Source of the DNA: Somniosus microcephalus
Lineage: Eukaryota
Reading direction: 5' to 3'
Length of the DNA stretch: 64,000 nucleotides
NCBI GenBank assembly: GCA_052327205.1
Contig: CM126211.1
Coordinates: forward strand, 25,854,001-25,918,000
Shown here: in pieces, positions 41,501 through 53,500 of the stretch
How the letters are laid out: each line of letters opens with the position of its first letter
Position numbering within the stretch: the first letter of the stretch is position 1
Notes under the pieces: model-generated
Database searches by the model: none
The model's input: the letters and a program-made list of their open reading frames with translations, nothing else
Told to the model about the DNA's origin: nothing
Program-made: the position numbers and the translations under genes

Positions 41501-44500
41501 TAAAGAACCCAAAAGTATATTTACTCCACATGTTCCAGAACTGTGGATCAGCATAAAATTATTTTTTTTTTAACATAAAACAAAGAACCCAGGAACAGCT
41601 TGTTCTGGTGTGGGAGATAAGTGACTGGTCTGCTTCTGATAAAGGCAGAAAAAGGACTCAATGGTACAGCTCAAAGCAAAACAGTGGTGTAGGGGATCAT
41701 TCAACAACATAAGACAAAATCACCAGGAGTGTGTTCACAGGTCTTCCACTTGAGGTCCCAGTATCTTTTGTGTGGAGGCTAACTGGTGTTACAGACTACA
41801 GGGATCAAAAGCTTCATTACTAATGTTTAACACATCAATAACAAAGTGTACAGTCAGGTTTACTGTGCACTTCCCATTACATAACCAAGAGTGTTTTCTC
41901 TAGAGGAACAAGCTCAGAAAAAAATTGCGCAGGTATACAATTTTAACATTCATAAGCTGCAAATCATGCAACCAAAACACAAGAAAAGTGTGAGATATGG
42001 CTATATGATTACTACCAATTACCTAGAATCAACAGTTTGGAAATGAACATAAAAAAGCATCAACGGCTGGAAAATAAAGCGTTGCTACTAGGATTTCAGC
42101 AAAGTATTAACTGTGTGTAAAATGTTCATACAATGGTACTTAAGTGTGAAAAACACCCAGCAGTACAATTGTCTTTCTATATTTGTAGTATATCTGGAGA
42201 AGTGCATATCAACACAAAGAACTGGTGGTCACCTATTGGTCACTCAAGTGGTGGGAACAACTTGATATGATTTATTTAAAAGCATCACGCAATATTAAAG
42301 CCCAAGTGCAATTAAAGCTGAAGTACAATCTTCATAAAGTAGATTAGTGCCAATACATTAAAGAAGCATGGCGACAACACGATAGTTAACTGTGCATTCA
42401 ATCCTTGAGTATTTAGTCCAGGGGGAAAAAAATGGGTTGCTTGACCCAGAACTCAATGCAGAATTGTGCCCAAGTTGGCCAAACGCGTGAGTAACAAGAC
42501 ATCAAGGATCAGTCTGTACATTTTCAATAAATACTGATGAAACCCTCCAATTTGTTTTTAAATGTGGAGAAATTAAAATGAATTAATCAGACTGCTCACT
42601 TGCAATTACATTTTGTCAGCAGAGTTCAGGTTCAAGAAGAAAATTCATACATTTAACCTTTTTCAGTCAAAACAAAAAGCATGTACCAATCACATTTTTT
42701 TTACAAGGAGTAATCTGATCTTTACTCTGCCCAACTCGGAGATTAAATGTTAAGAGATTTTAATACCGCTCAAAAGGAGGCAATTTACACGAGTATTCTC
42801 ATCACAAAGTAACTACGTGCATCACAATTGCTTCCCTAATTCCATCATAAACCAGGTCAAATGGCTTTAGTAATTTAATTATTTCCATTTTTTTTGGGTA
42901 CATGGACCAACAAACCTCAAAATTTAACGTTAAGTCTCAAAATAGAATCTGCGAAGAGAAACAAGATAGCCAATTGATTCTACTCATTAGGGGAGGCCCT
43001 GAAACTATAAGTCAGCCAATTGTGGATCATTAGGTGCATTAAATTGAAAATCTCACTATTATCCATTAGATGGAGCGTGCATACAAAGGCAGAGAGATGG
43101 TCAATGCAACACAGTGACCACTTACAATCAAGACATTTTTGACTGGAAAGGGTTAATAGCAATCATCAAAACAAATCAGCTGACAAGTTACTTTCAACTC
43201 AAGAGAAAGCACAAATGCAATGCAGTAAGTGATATAATGTACAGCAACCTGTAAGCAGAGTAACATTTGAGCATATACAGTAACTTATTCTCCCTTTCTT
43301 CAATATAACAATCTCCATTCTTCAAAATGGAATTGCACAATTTCAGAACAAAACAATGACAAAGTACAAACATCTGAATAAAAGCAAGAGGCATTATTTC
43401 TTGTACAAAGTAAAGCAACTAAGCAATGTTCCCATTCCCTAGCCAATCTTAAACCAGAGTGCTTTATTTTCTCCTCTGGTTACTCAACATTAAGACATAA
43501 AAAGCAGAATCAGTTCTGTACAGTTGTCCACGTTAGACAGAGACTCAGCTGACAGAAGAATATGACTGGCAGGATAGGTTGCAGTCCTCCAGCCAGTAAG
43601 GAAGGATGACCAAGTACCTTTATGCTTGTCCCGTTTATGCTTTAGCTTTGCTGGTAAGGGTCTTAGCCTGGCTATGGCCTGTTCTCGATGATTCAAATAA
43701 ATGGGACCAGGAAATACAATGGGGCCTGAGGAGAAATAACTTGCACATGCATAGGAAAGCTCACAAATGAAATAACTGTCAAAATTAAAAGCAAAAAATA
43801 TAGTTTGTCTATAATATAAAAAGAACAATGGCATCTACTGCAATTGAGGCATGAGTAAAAGGCTACATTGAATGTAGTAATACGGTATAGAAAATTAAGG
43901 AAAAATATGAACAGTAAAGTGGTAACATGACAAATTATAAACATGACAAATTTCAAATTCTGGTGTGCTCTGTTTAATCAATGACAGCCCACACAAATCT
44001 CAATAAATTCACAATTACAAATTTTGTAGACTAGAATCCAGTTCCCTTGCTAAAGTGGTAGCTTAGATTTTATTTCCCATATTACTATGTTAAAATGCAC
44101 ATTACAAAAATGCCTGTGTAAGAAAATTTATTTAACTACAATGTAATTTTGTACATTTTTTTTTAGCACAAAATAGCAGATACTTTAAAAATAAACACTC
44201 AGTATTCAGGTTATCATGCTGCTGCTTTGAAACTACGGTTCCAAATAGAATTCAGTAAACCCCTTGCTCCCACTAACAATCATGATGACCTCATCAAATA
44301 AGAGAATTTATATAGTGATGTAGGCAAAACATTTATAAGACAGGTGTGGTCTCAAACCATTTTAAAAGCTTAACTGAAACAGATTGCCATGATCATTTTT
44401 GTGAATGATACTTTTTATGAAATAATTACTCGTGTCATAATAAGCTTCTATATAAATACATTTAAGTCTTTAGGGCATGTCTTCACCCAAACAGAGGTCG

Positions 44501-47500
44501 CTTTTCAGTAAAGAAATACTGTGCACCTAAATTGGTAATTATAGTATTGGAACATATACTTGCAACACTTCATAACACAGAACAGAAGCAATACAATATT
44601 CCAACCTATTAAAAGCTAAGGCTAAGGGAGTTAATCTTTGACTTAAGACAATTAACTAATCTAAAAATGTCCACACTGTATTGATATGGATAACTAAAGT
44701 AGAGAAAAAGCCAAAGGAAAATAAATTATATTACTTTTAAAATTAAAGATCTACAAACATTGCAACCAACATTGGAACTACAGACCAGTTAGCCCAACAT
44801 CAGTAGTAGTGAAAATGCTGGAACCTTTTTATAGGTTTGGGCAGAGTCAACACGGATTTATGAAAGGGAAATCGTGTTTGACAAATCTGTTAAGAGTTTG
44901 TTGATGTTGTAACTAGCAGAATAGATAAGGGGGAACCAGTGGATGTAGTGTATTTGGTTTTTCAGAAGGCATTCGATAAGGTGCCACACAAGAGGTTATT
45001 AAACAAAATTAGGGCTCCTGGGATTGGGGGTAATATACTAGCAAAGATTGAGGATTGGTTAACGGACAGAAAAAGAGTAGGAATAAACGGGTCATTTTCG
45101 GGTTGGCAGGCTATAACTAGTGGGGTACCGCAAGGATCAGTGCTTGGGCCTCAGCTATTCACAATCTACATCAATGATTTGGATGACATGACCAAATGTA
45201 ATATATCCAAGTTTGTTGATAATACAAAGCTGGGTGGGAGTGTAAGTTGTGAGGAGGATGCAAGGAGGCTTCAAGGGGATATAAACAGGCTAAGTGAGTG
45301 GGTAAGAACATGGCAAATGGAATATAATGTGGAGAAATGTGAAGTTATCCACTTTGGTGAGAAAAAATAGAAAAGCAGAGTATTTTTTAAATGGTGAGAC
45401 ATTGGGAAATGTTGGGTGTCTAGAGAGACCTGGATATCCTTCTACACAAATCACAAAGTTAACATGCGGGTACAGCAAGCAATTAGCAAAGCAAATGGTA
45501 TGTTGGCCTTTATTACAAGAGGATTTGAGTATAAGAGTAAAGATGTCTTACTGCAATTATATAGGGCCCTGGTAAGATCACACCTGGAGTATTGTGTACA
45601 GTTTTGGTCTCCTTATCTAAGGAAGGATATACTTGCCATAGAGGGAGTGCAACAAAGGATCACCAGACTGGTTCCTGGGAGAGGGGGGGATTGTCCTATG
45701 AGGAGAGATTGAGTAGACTAGGCCTATATTCTCTGGAGTGTAGAAGAATGAGAGATGATCTCATTGAAACATACAAAATTCTTACAGGGCTTGACAGGGT
45801 AGATGCAGGGAGGATGTTTCCCCTGGCTGAGGAGTCTAGAACCAGGGGTCACAGTCTCAGAATAAGGGGTCAGCCGTTTAGGACTGAGATGAGGAGAAAT
45901 TTCTTCACTCAGAGGGTGGTGAATCTTTGGAGTTCTCTACCCCAGAGGGCTGTGTAGGCTCAGTCGTCGAGTATATTCAAGACAGAGATCGATAGATTTT
46001 TGAATATTAAGGGAATCAAAGGATAGTGCAGGAAATTGAGGATGAGGTAGAAGATCAGGCATAATCTTGTTGAATGGCAGAGCAGGCTCAAGGGACCAAA
46101 TGGCCTACTCCTGTTCCTATTTCTTATGTTATGATATCTGAGCATGGGAAAAAGGAATGTTACTGAGTTTAGACATTTACCAATCTAATCAGTGTAGCAC
46201 TTGTGCCTCTGGGTCAAAAGCTGTGGATTCAAGCTCCAAGCCAGGAGTTAGGGTTCATAACTTAGACTGACATTCCAATGCAAAACTGAAGGAGTGCTCT
46301 ATTGTCTGAGGTGCTATTCTTTAGGGGAGACATTAAATCGGGGCCTCATCTGCCTATTTCCATGATTCATATGGACATTAAAGATCCCATGGCACTGTTT
46401 AAAAAGGAGCTGGAAATTCTATGTCCTGATAAATATTCTCTACTAGTACCATAAACAAATTAATCGGTTAATTATCGCATTACTGTTTATGGGACCCTTC
46501 CAACAGCTGCTATATTTGCCGAGATAACAATAACTGCACTTCAAAGTAATTCAATGTATATGAAGCACCTTGAGGTGTTGAGACGTGATCAGGAACTACA
46601 TAAACACAAATCTTTCTTTGTAATCTGGATCTGCTTGAAGTTCAAGTCTAGTCAGTTGCTGTGTGAAGCAGTCAAGCCACTTAAAGTGAGATCCCCGCCC
46701 TACAAGTAACTAAAGCCAGCAAACGGTGCCAAGGCTGCGCAGCTGCAGCTCAGTCACCAACGGTAACCATCCAAGGTGGACAAACAACCATGCTGTGTGT
46801 TGACTTCTTCAGACAATAGAGAATATGCAAACCACTTGGCTGAAGCTATTTCTCTGTAGCAAATAAACCTTTAACTAGCAATCTTCTAGAGTTTGTAAAA
46901 GTTCTTTATTTGTTCACCTCAGACTACTTATTTTAAAATTCTCATCCTGGTTTTCAAATTCTCCATGACCTCACCCCCCCACCCTGTAACCTCCTCCAGC
47001 CCTACAAATCTCTGCGCTCCTCCAATTCTAGCTTCTTGCGCATCCCTGATTTTCTACACCCCACCACTGGCAGCTGTGCCTTCAGCTGCCTAAGCCCTGG
47101 AATTCCCTCCCTAAACCCCTCTGCCTCGCTACCTCTCCTCCTTTAAAACCTACCTCTCTGGCCAACCTGTCCTAATATCTCCTTATGTGGCTCGGTGTCA
47201 GATTTTGATTATCGCTCCTGTGAAGTACTTTGGGACGTTTTAGGTTAAAGGCAATATATAAATGCAAGTTGTTGTTAGTTATGATTCAACTTTTTAATTT
47301 GAGAGTACTTTTTAGGCCAGCTAAAATGTGCTATATATTATAGCTACAGTGCATTCTCCAGTAGATTGTATGGTGGAATATAAGACACAATTAATTAAGC
47401 AATTACATACAAATGCAAGATCAAAATGCACAGTTAACGAACTGAAGATTGTACTACAACCATTAGTAGTTTTAAATCATTCAATCATTCAGGGTGACTC

Positions 47501-50500
47501 TTCAAATTTAGATTTTTATACTGTGCATGATTCAGGAGTCATCCATTCAAAATAGTTAAAATGTGTAAAGATAATCTTTAACTTGTGTCTGAAAAACACC
47601 AGTTTAGAAGGATGTCAACTGTCACTCAAGCCGTTATAGAAAACATACCTCTCACTTCTTCCAGCCTGTGTCTTCTGCTCAACCGCTGCCTCTTCTCTTC
47701 TTGTCTTAGTTGAATATGTTCTTCTATATTAACTCCTGGTGGGACAGGTCCTGCTGAAGAAAACACTTATTTAAAGAAAACAAAACCGGTGTGTGCAGTG
47801 GAAGCAGTACTGGAAACATATACTGTTGAAATATTCTTCCAATATTCTCAATTTCATTTCATCTTGTAGCAATAAGGAATAAAAATCTCCCAAAACCCTA
47901 TTTGAGAGTATTTTAACAGCTAAAATTGAATTTATAGTAACCATTTCATTTATTTTATACAGAGCATTGGGGTTTTACTGAAAGCTTTCTTCTGCATTTC
48001 AAAGCTAAATGATATTCTTCCATCCTGCAACAAACTTAATTTAATGCAATGTTTTCTGTTATGTTGTGTAGAGCTGCCAATAACTAAATACTGCAGTACT
48101 ATGTGATATTTTATCAAAACAGCAAACATTTTTCAATTGTTAGGGTTGAATGTCCAGAATTAATGAACGGTAGTCATCCACGATAAACTGAAAATGTAGT
48201 TACTAGTGAGCAAGTTTTACAAATAAGTGCCTGGAATGCTTCAGCACAAAATGGTTATCAAAGCAGAAACTTTCACGTCAATTAAAAGCGAAGTGGGTAC
48301 GTATTTAAAAAGGATACAAGGAAAGAGAAGTGGGAGTAGAACAGATAGCTCCAGTTAGAGAGCTAGCAATCCCCATAAGTTCAGTATGCCAAAGGGCCTC
48401 CAGCTGTGTTGGAATTTCTAGGATTCTATGAAATATATTTTACTGCATCACTTAACATTATATCCTTCTACAACCTAATGTTAAAAGTCATATCAAATGG
48501 AAGCTACTTCGTGGATTGTAAAGATCTAAACCAGTACCTATAAAACTCATTAATCTGAAATTGCAGGGCAAACCAATTACTTCTCAAAAAACTTATTTTC
48601 CTTTCGGCTGAAATTTTAAATACACTGCAGGAATTCTGCTAACACACATTGTTGGATCTTGTTTTGATACATGCTAAGCGGAACTTCAGAGAAATCAAAC
48701 TGTGCTGATAAAAACACTCACCTAAAAGAAGATCTAAAGGGATCATCTCTTTAACAGCATCAAGAATCCCTCGCTGCCTTGCCTCTTGTCCATCCAGCTC
48801 TCGGGCACAGGCCTTACAGCAACCGCATAGAGCACAACCAGACTCACCAGACCCACATCCACAAAGCCTAAAATAGACCACGATAAAAACATCTAATTGA
48901 AGCAAATAAAGACTTCCCTATACATGTTCCCAGCGTTTATTATAATCCACTAATGCAGTTACCTTTTAACTTGGATTTTCAGACACCACAAAAACAACAG
49001 ATGCAGCACTGACTTTACAAGTTATAACATAGAAGATTTCTAACAAACTGAAGATGAATCAGCAAAAAGATAATGCGGCAGTCAGTAATGTGGAGAGAAA
49101 CGTACAGCAGTGAAACCAGAGCCGACAAGTAATATTAGACTAAATGCTCTAACAGTTGATGCAATTGATTTGGACTTTTACAGAATTGGAACTTGATCAC
49201 TCAAGTCAACCAAACTAAATATTTTTAAAGGATTAGAAAGAAAATATGAAAAAGCAGATGTACAATATATAATAAACTGAGAAACTATATATAAATTGAG
49301 GATGCATGCGAGACTCATAGGTACATTCTGGTCAGAGTGCGAAGAATTGAAATTGGAGCTAGTCTTCCTCATGCGTTGACTGAAGTTCACCTCAAATTAG
49401 GGCAACTGAGAGAGAGAAAAAAAATCATCTAGGGACAGTGTCCTTTGCCGCTTTGATCAGATGATCTTCCCCCACTCTGTCTTGTGTACAATACCCCGTT
49501 CTGAAATAAACTTAGTTCTTTGCATAGAGTAGCAAATACTGCAGGCACGGCAATACAAAAATTAAACCGAGCACCAAGATTCAGGTTAATTTAATGCTGA
49601 GCAGCCATCAATAGCCACAACCGATCACCTATTTGCCATTTAGTTGAAATTATGATACTTCAGAAATTCTATTTAGAGAAACAACCTTGGGTGTCACTTT
49701 GATCAAAAATCATGATGGATGAACTTTCAAAATGAGCAATTGGGAACTCTGCCTATTGAGTCTCACTGCTAAGGCGGACCTTACACCTGCTGAAAGTACC
49801 CATCATGAAGCTCTGAATTGGAGCAAGGTGTTGAGCAGAAAGGAGTGGAAGTTTGACTTGATTACATCCACAATTTACTATGTCCAACCTTGTGAAGGAA
49901 GCAGAAACTACAGCGAGATGGGCTAGAGACTAGAAAGTGAAGTGCATAGTTCACTGAAGTTTACCATCTCAATGAACAGCTAGTGTACTCAATCTTGACT
50001 TTTTTGGATTTTGGAAGTGTGTTAGTGACCAGGTTCAGTTACTGTAGTCTCATGAGCTGCCTTGATTCATTAACTATAAATACAGCTGCTGCCATCAGCC
50101 TTAGGATATGCACTACAGTGTCCAAGACTGGAGAACTTGATCTGAAAGCCCAAGGTATAGTTTCACCATCGATTGTGCTAATGGTAGTGACAGCACAACC
50201 TGAAGGTCAGAGAAATGGCTTCTTAAGAACACAATGTCCTGCAATAACTGGCATTCTTCTCAATTTACAATAAACCCTCAACTCAGATCTCAGAAATTGT
50301 TGGATGAATGCTGGTGCTACATTCTGGAAAGGATCTCTAATCAGCCATTCATCTGGAAAGAGATAGATGAATAGGTAGCCAAAGGTTGAAAAATGTTACT
50401 TCTACCAACAGACATTTGGCAAAAAGCACTTGTTGCGAAAGTCCAGGTAACAAGATTATCAGTAGTTTAACTGAAGAGACTCTAACGCCAAAACAAAGTA

Positions 50501-53500
50501 TGCATCTTTTGAGAATTGCCAGCTGTCAGGCAATCTCCTGAACAAATCACCAGAATTGTTTCCACTAGTGTCACCATCTTCAATTTTTATACATTTATAT
50601 TAAACTACTTCCTATAGCTTGAAAAAGCAGCAGTTTCTGCATTTAACAGGTTAATCCCTGATCAAAAACACTCCGCTGAATTGTGGGGGTCAGTGAAATA
50701 TACATCCTCCCCTGCTGAAGTATCTAATGAGACAAACAGGCAGGCATATAATATAAAAGCACCCACATATAATTGAGCTCACTACATTCACAATTTTCTG
50801 GTGCTCTAGGGCACATGCCAGCAACCGTGAAGGGCTGCCAGCTGCCTGTTCTGCACTCCGATTTTCTGCTGCGGCAAGGAGGGGCGGCCGATATACAGAC
50901 CACTCAATTATGGGGCAGCTGCCAAATTTTCATCAAAGTCAGAACATAATTGTTTCAGTTTGCAAGCAGGCTCCCAAACGCCTCTGCTCTACTTGCATGT
51001 GTTTGAGTGCATTGGGCACCTTATAGGGCTTAGACCGTTGCACCCAATTATACAAGGAGCAAGAGATCCATGTGCACATCGAGTGCCTGGCATTGCATGA
51101 TCAAAACTAAAATCTCACTTGCTTAAAAAAAATATGGACCTGTACTTCAGAAGCCATGACCTCAATTAACTGCTGGTGAGTGAAGGAGTTGAAGTCATGT
51201 TCAGGGTCGCTTTTAAACTTAGCTTGCGTTCGATGAAGCCCTTTAGGGTGGCCTCCATTTAATTGTAGAGCCCTTTAAGAAAGGTAATTCCAGAGTTTAA
51301 TTTGGATGCCCATCAAGAACTGAAATTCTTAGTCATGCACACGTGCACAGCAAGGAACATCAAGTGGAAGTCTTGGCCTCCAGATCAAAAGCCTTCCTAT
51401 GGACTGCTGCAACAATCTGGGTTGTATTCAGCTTAGCATACTGGCAACTGTCATAGCAGTTTGTGCTAGAGTAGCACTGATCTGACAGAATCTTCTACGT
51501 AAAGAAACCAGAGTCAGATACAAATATATCCTCACTTAGAAAGTGCCTTGAGAATGTCTTATTTTGGCTTCTGGAAGAATTGATGCATTGATATGAATTG
51601 AGCATTTTCTACACTGGGTTTTATGCACCAATGACCAGATGTTCTGTTACAGGCCATGTAAGCAAGTGGCTCTAAAAACTCAATTTCTGGCTAGATGGAA
51701 TGCTGTATTTATTGGCCCAGAAATTCGGGTCGGAGGCTTCCCGTGGGCTCAAGCCTCTGACCTGCACTTACCTAGCGCGCCGGCCATTGGGCTGTGGGCC
51801 CGCGTGGGATTCCAATCCTGGCCTCCTCCAACTGCCGGCACGCAGTTAGTTCGAAGCGTCCCCTGGGATCACGTGGGCCATGGAGAGCCGATGGCAGTTG
51901 GGAATCTGTATTCATAGATTTGACAGGAAGAGCTGTCAAATCTATGAATACAATTCAGCCCCAAAACATCACTAAAACTTCAAATAACTAAGTTACATAA
52001 AATAACTTTTAAACAATAATGTAAATTTTTGAAAAAATTAATTACAGTTTCTAACGGGGCTAAAAATAAAGTTACTTTTCATTAAAGTATTTAAAAATAA
52101 TAAACTTGTGGAAAAAATGTTTTAATTTAACTTAATTCACCACTTACCTTGTTAAAAGCAGGCCTTGCGACTGCTTTTTACAAGCGTAGCTCCTGGAGAC
52201 TTACCCTCCCGGAGAAACCTGCAAAAAAACTGGAAGTTCCAGGCATACGCGCTGCCTCTCCGGCGCACGCGTTCAACCTGTGAACCCCTTCTTTTAAGGG
52301 AATGGAAGTTCCGGTTTCCCGCGCATGCACGAAACCGGCACTTTCGTTGGGCCTATGCGCGAGTACTCACCCGTGGGGACCCGAATTTCTGGCCCATTAG
52401 TAGTGTCAAAAACACTTTTTCTTGGAGAAATTTGACAAGTCATTGCCAAAAATGAGAGAGAAAGGACTGAAGCCTGGTTCAGAATACAACAGAGTGAGAG
52501 AACATCACTGGACAAAAAGGCAGAAAAGACATGTTATTTTTAAAGAAAAGGAATTTCTGTGTGGTTTGCTTTTCTTCTCTTACTGTACTCCCCCTTGCAA
52601 AATACAAGGCCATGAATCATATTTGATGTGGCATTTGAATAAGATGACAATGTCAATTGGATCACCACATTTAACCAGTTTTGTGTTAAGCAAGGCTAAT
52701 CCATTATGTATATAAAAGACACAAGACCTCCACAGGATTAAAAAAAGAAAAAGACTTGCATTGGATATAGTGCCTTTTATGACCACCGGACGTCTCAAAG
52801 CGCTTTACAGTCAATGAAGTACTTTTGAAGTGGAGTCACTGTTGTAATGTGGGAAACACGGCAGCCAATTTGCACACAGCAAGCTCCCATAAACAGCAAT
52901 ATGATAATGACCAGATAATCTGTTTTTGTTATGTTGGTTGAGGGATAAATATTGGCCAGGACACCGGGGATAACTCCTACTCTTCTTCGAAATAATGCCA
53001 TGGGATCTTTTACGGAAAGCAGACGGGACCTCGGTTTAACGTCTCATTCGAAAGACAGCACCTCCGGCAGTGCAGCACTCCCTCGGCACTGCACTGGAGT
53101 GCCAGCCTAGCTTTATGTGCTCAAGTCTCTGAAGTGGGACTTGAACCCACAACCTTCTGACTCAGAGGCGAGTGTGCTCCCAACTGAGCCACAGCTGACA
53201 CAACAAAGAAGCTGCAAGATGAACATTTTTATGGAGGTTGATTTAAAAAAAAAAACGATTTGACTGTTTTGAACTGCAGCTTCTGACTGGCACAAAGAAA
53301 ATGGATAATTTTGTTTCAAGCAGGTGCATAATTAAATTGACTAGACTACTGATCAAGTTTTGACGAAAGATCATCGACCTGAAACGTTAAACTCTTTCTC
53401 GCTCCACAGATGATGTCTGACCTGCTCAGCGTTTCCAGCATTTTCTATTGTTATTTCAGATTTCCAGCATCTACAGCATTTTGCTTTTGTTAGATTATGT

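Noticed and set aside
49600-51430. Old LINE and MITE-like debris (also 4740-5300, 29500-30250, 37790-38130)
   Set aside because: Too degraded to assign family or boundaries by eye.
53125-53200. tRNA gene on the - strand
   Set aside because: The A and B boxes run straight into a Deu-domain SINE body and tail, so this is a SINE head.
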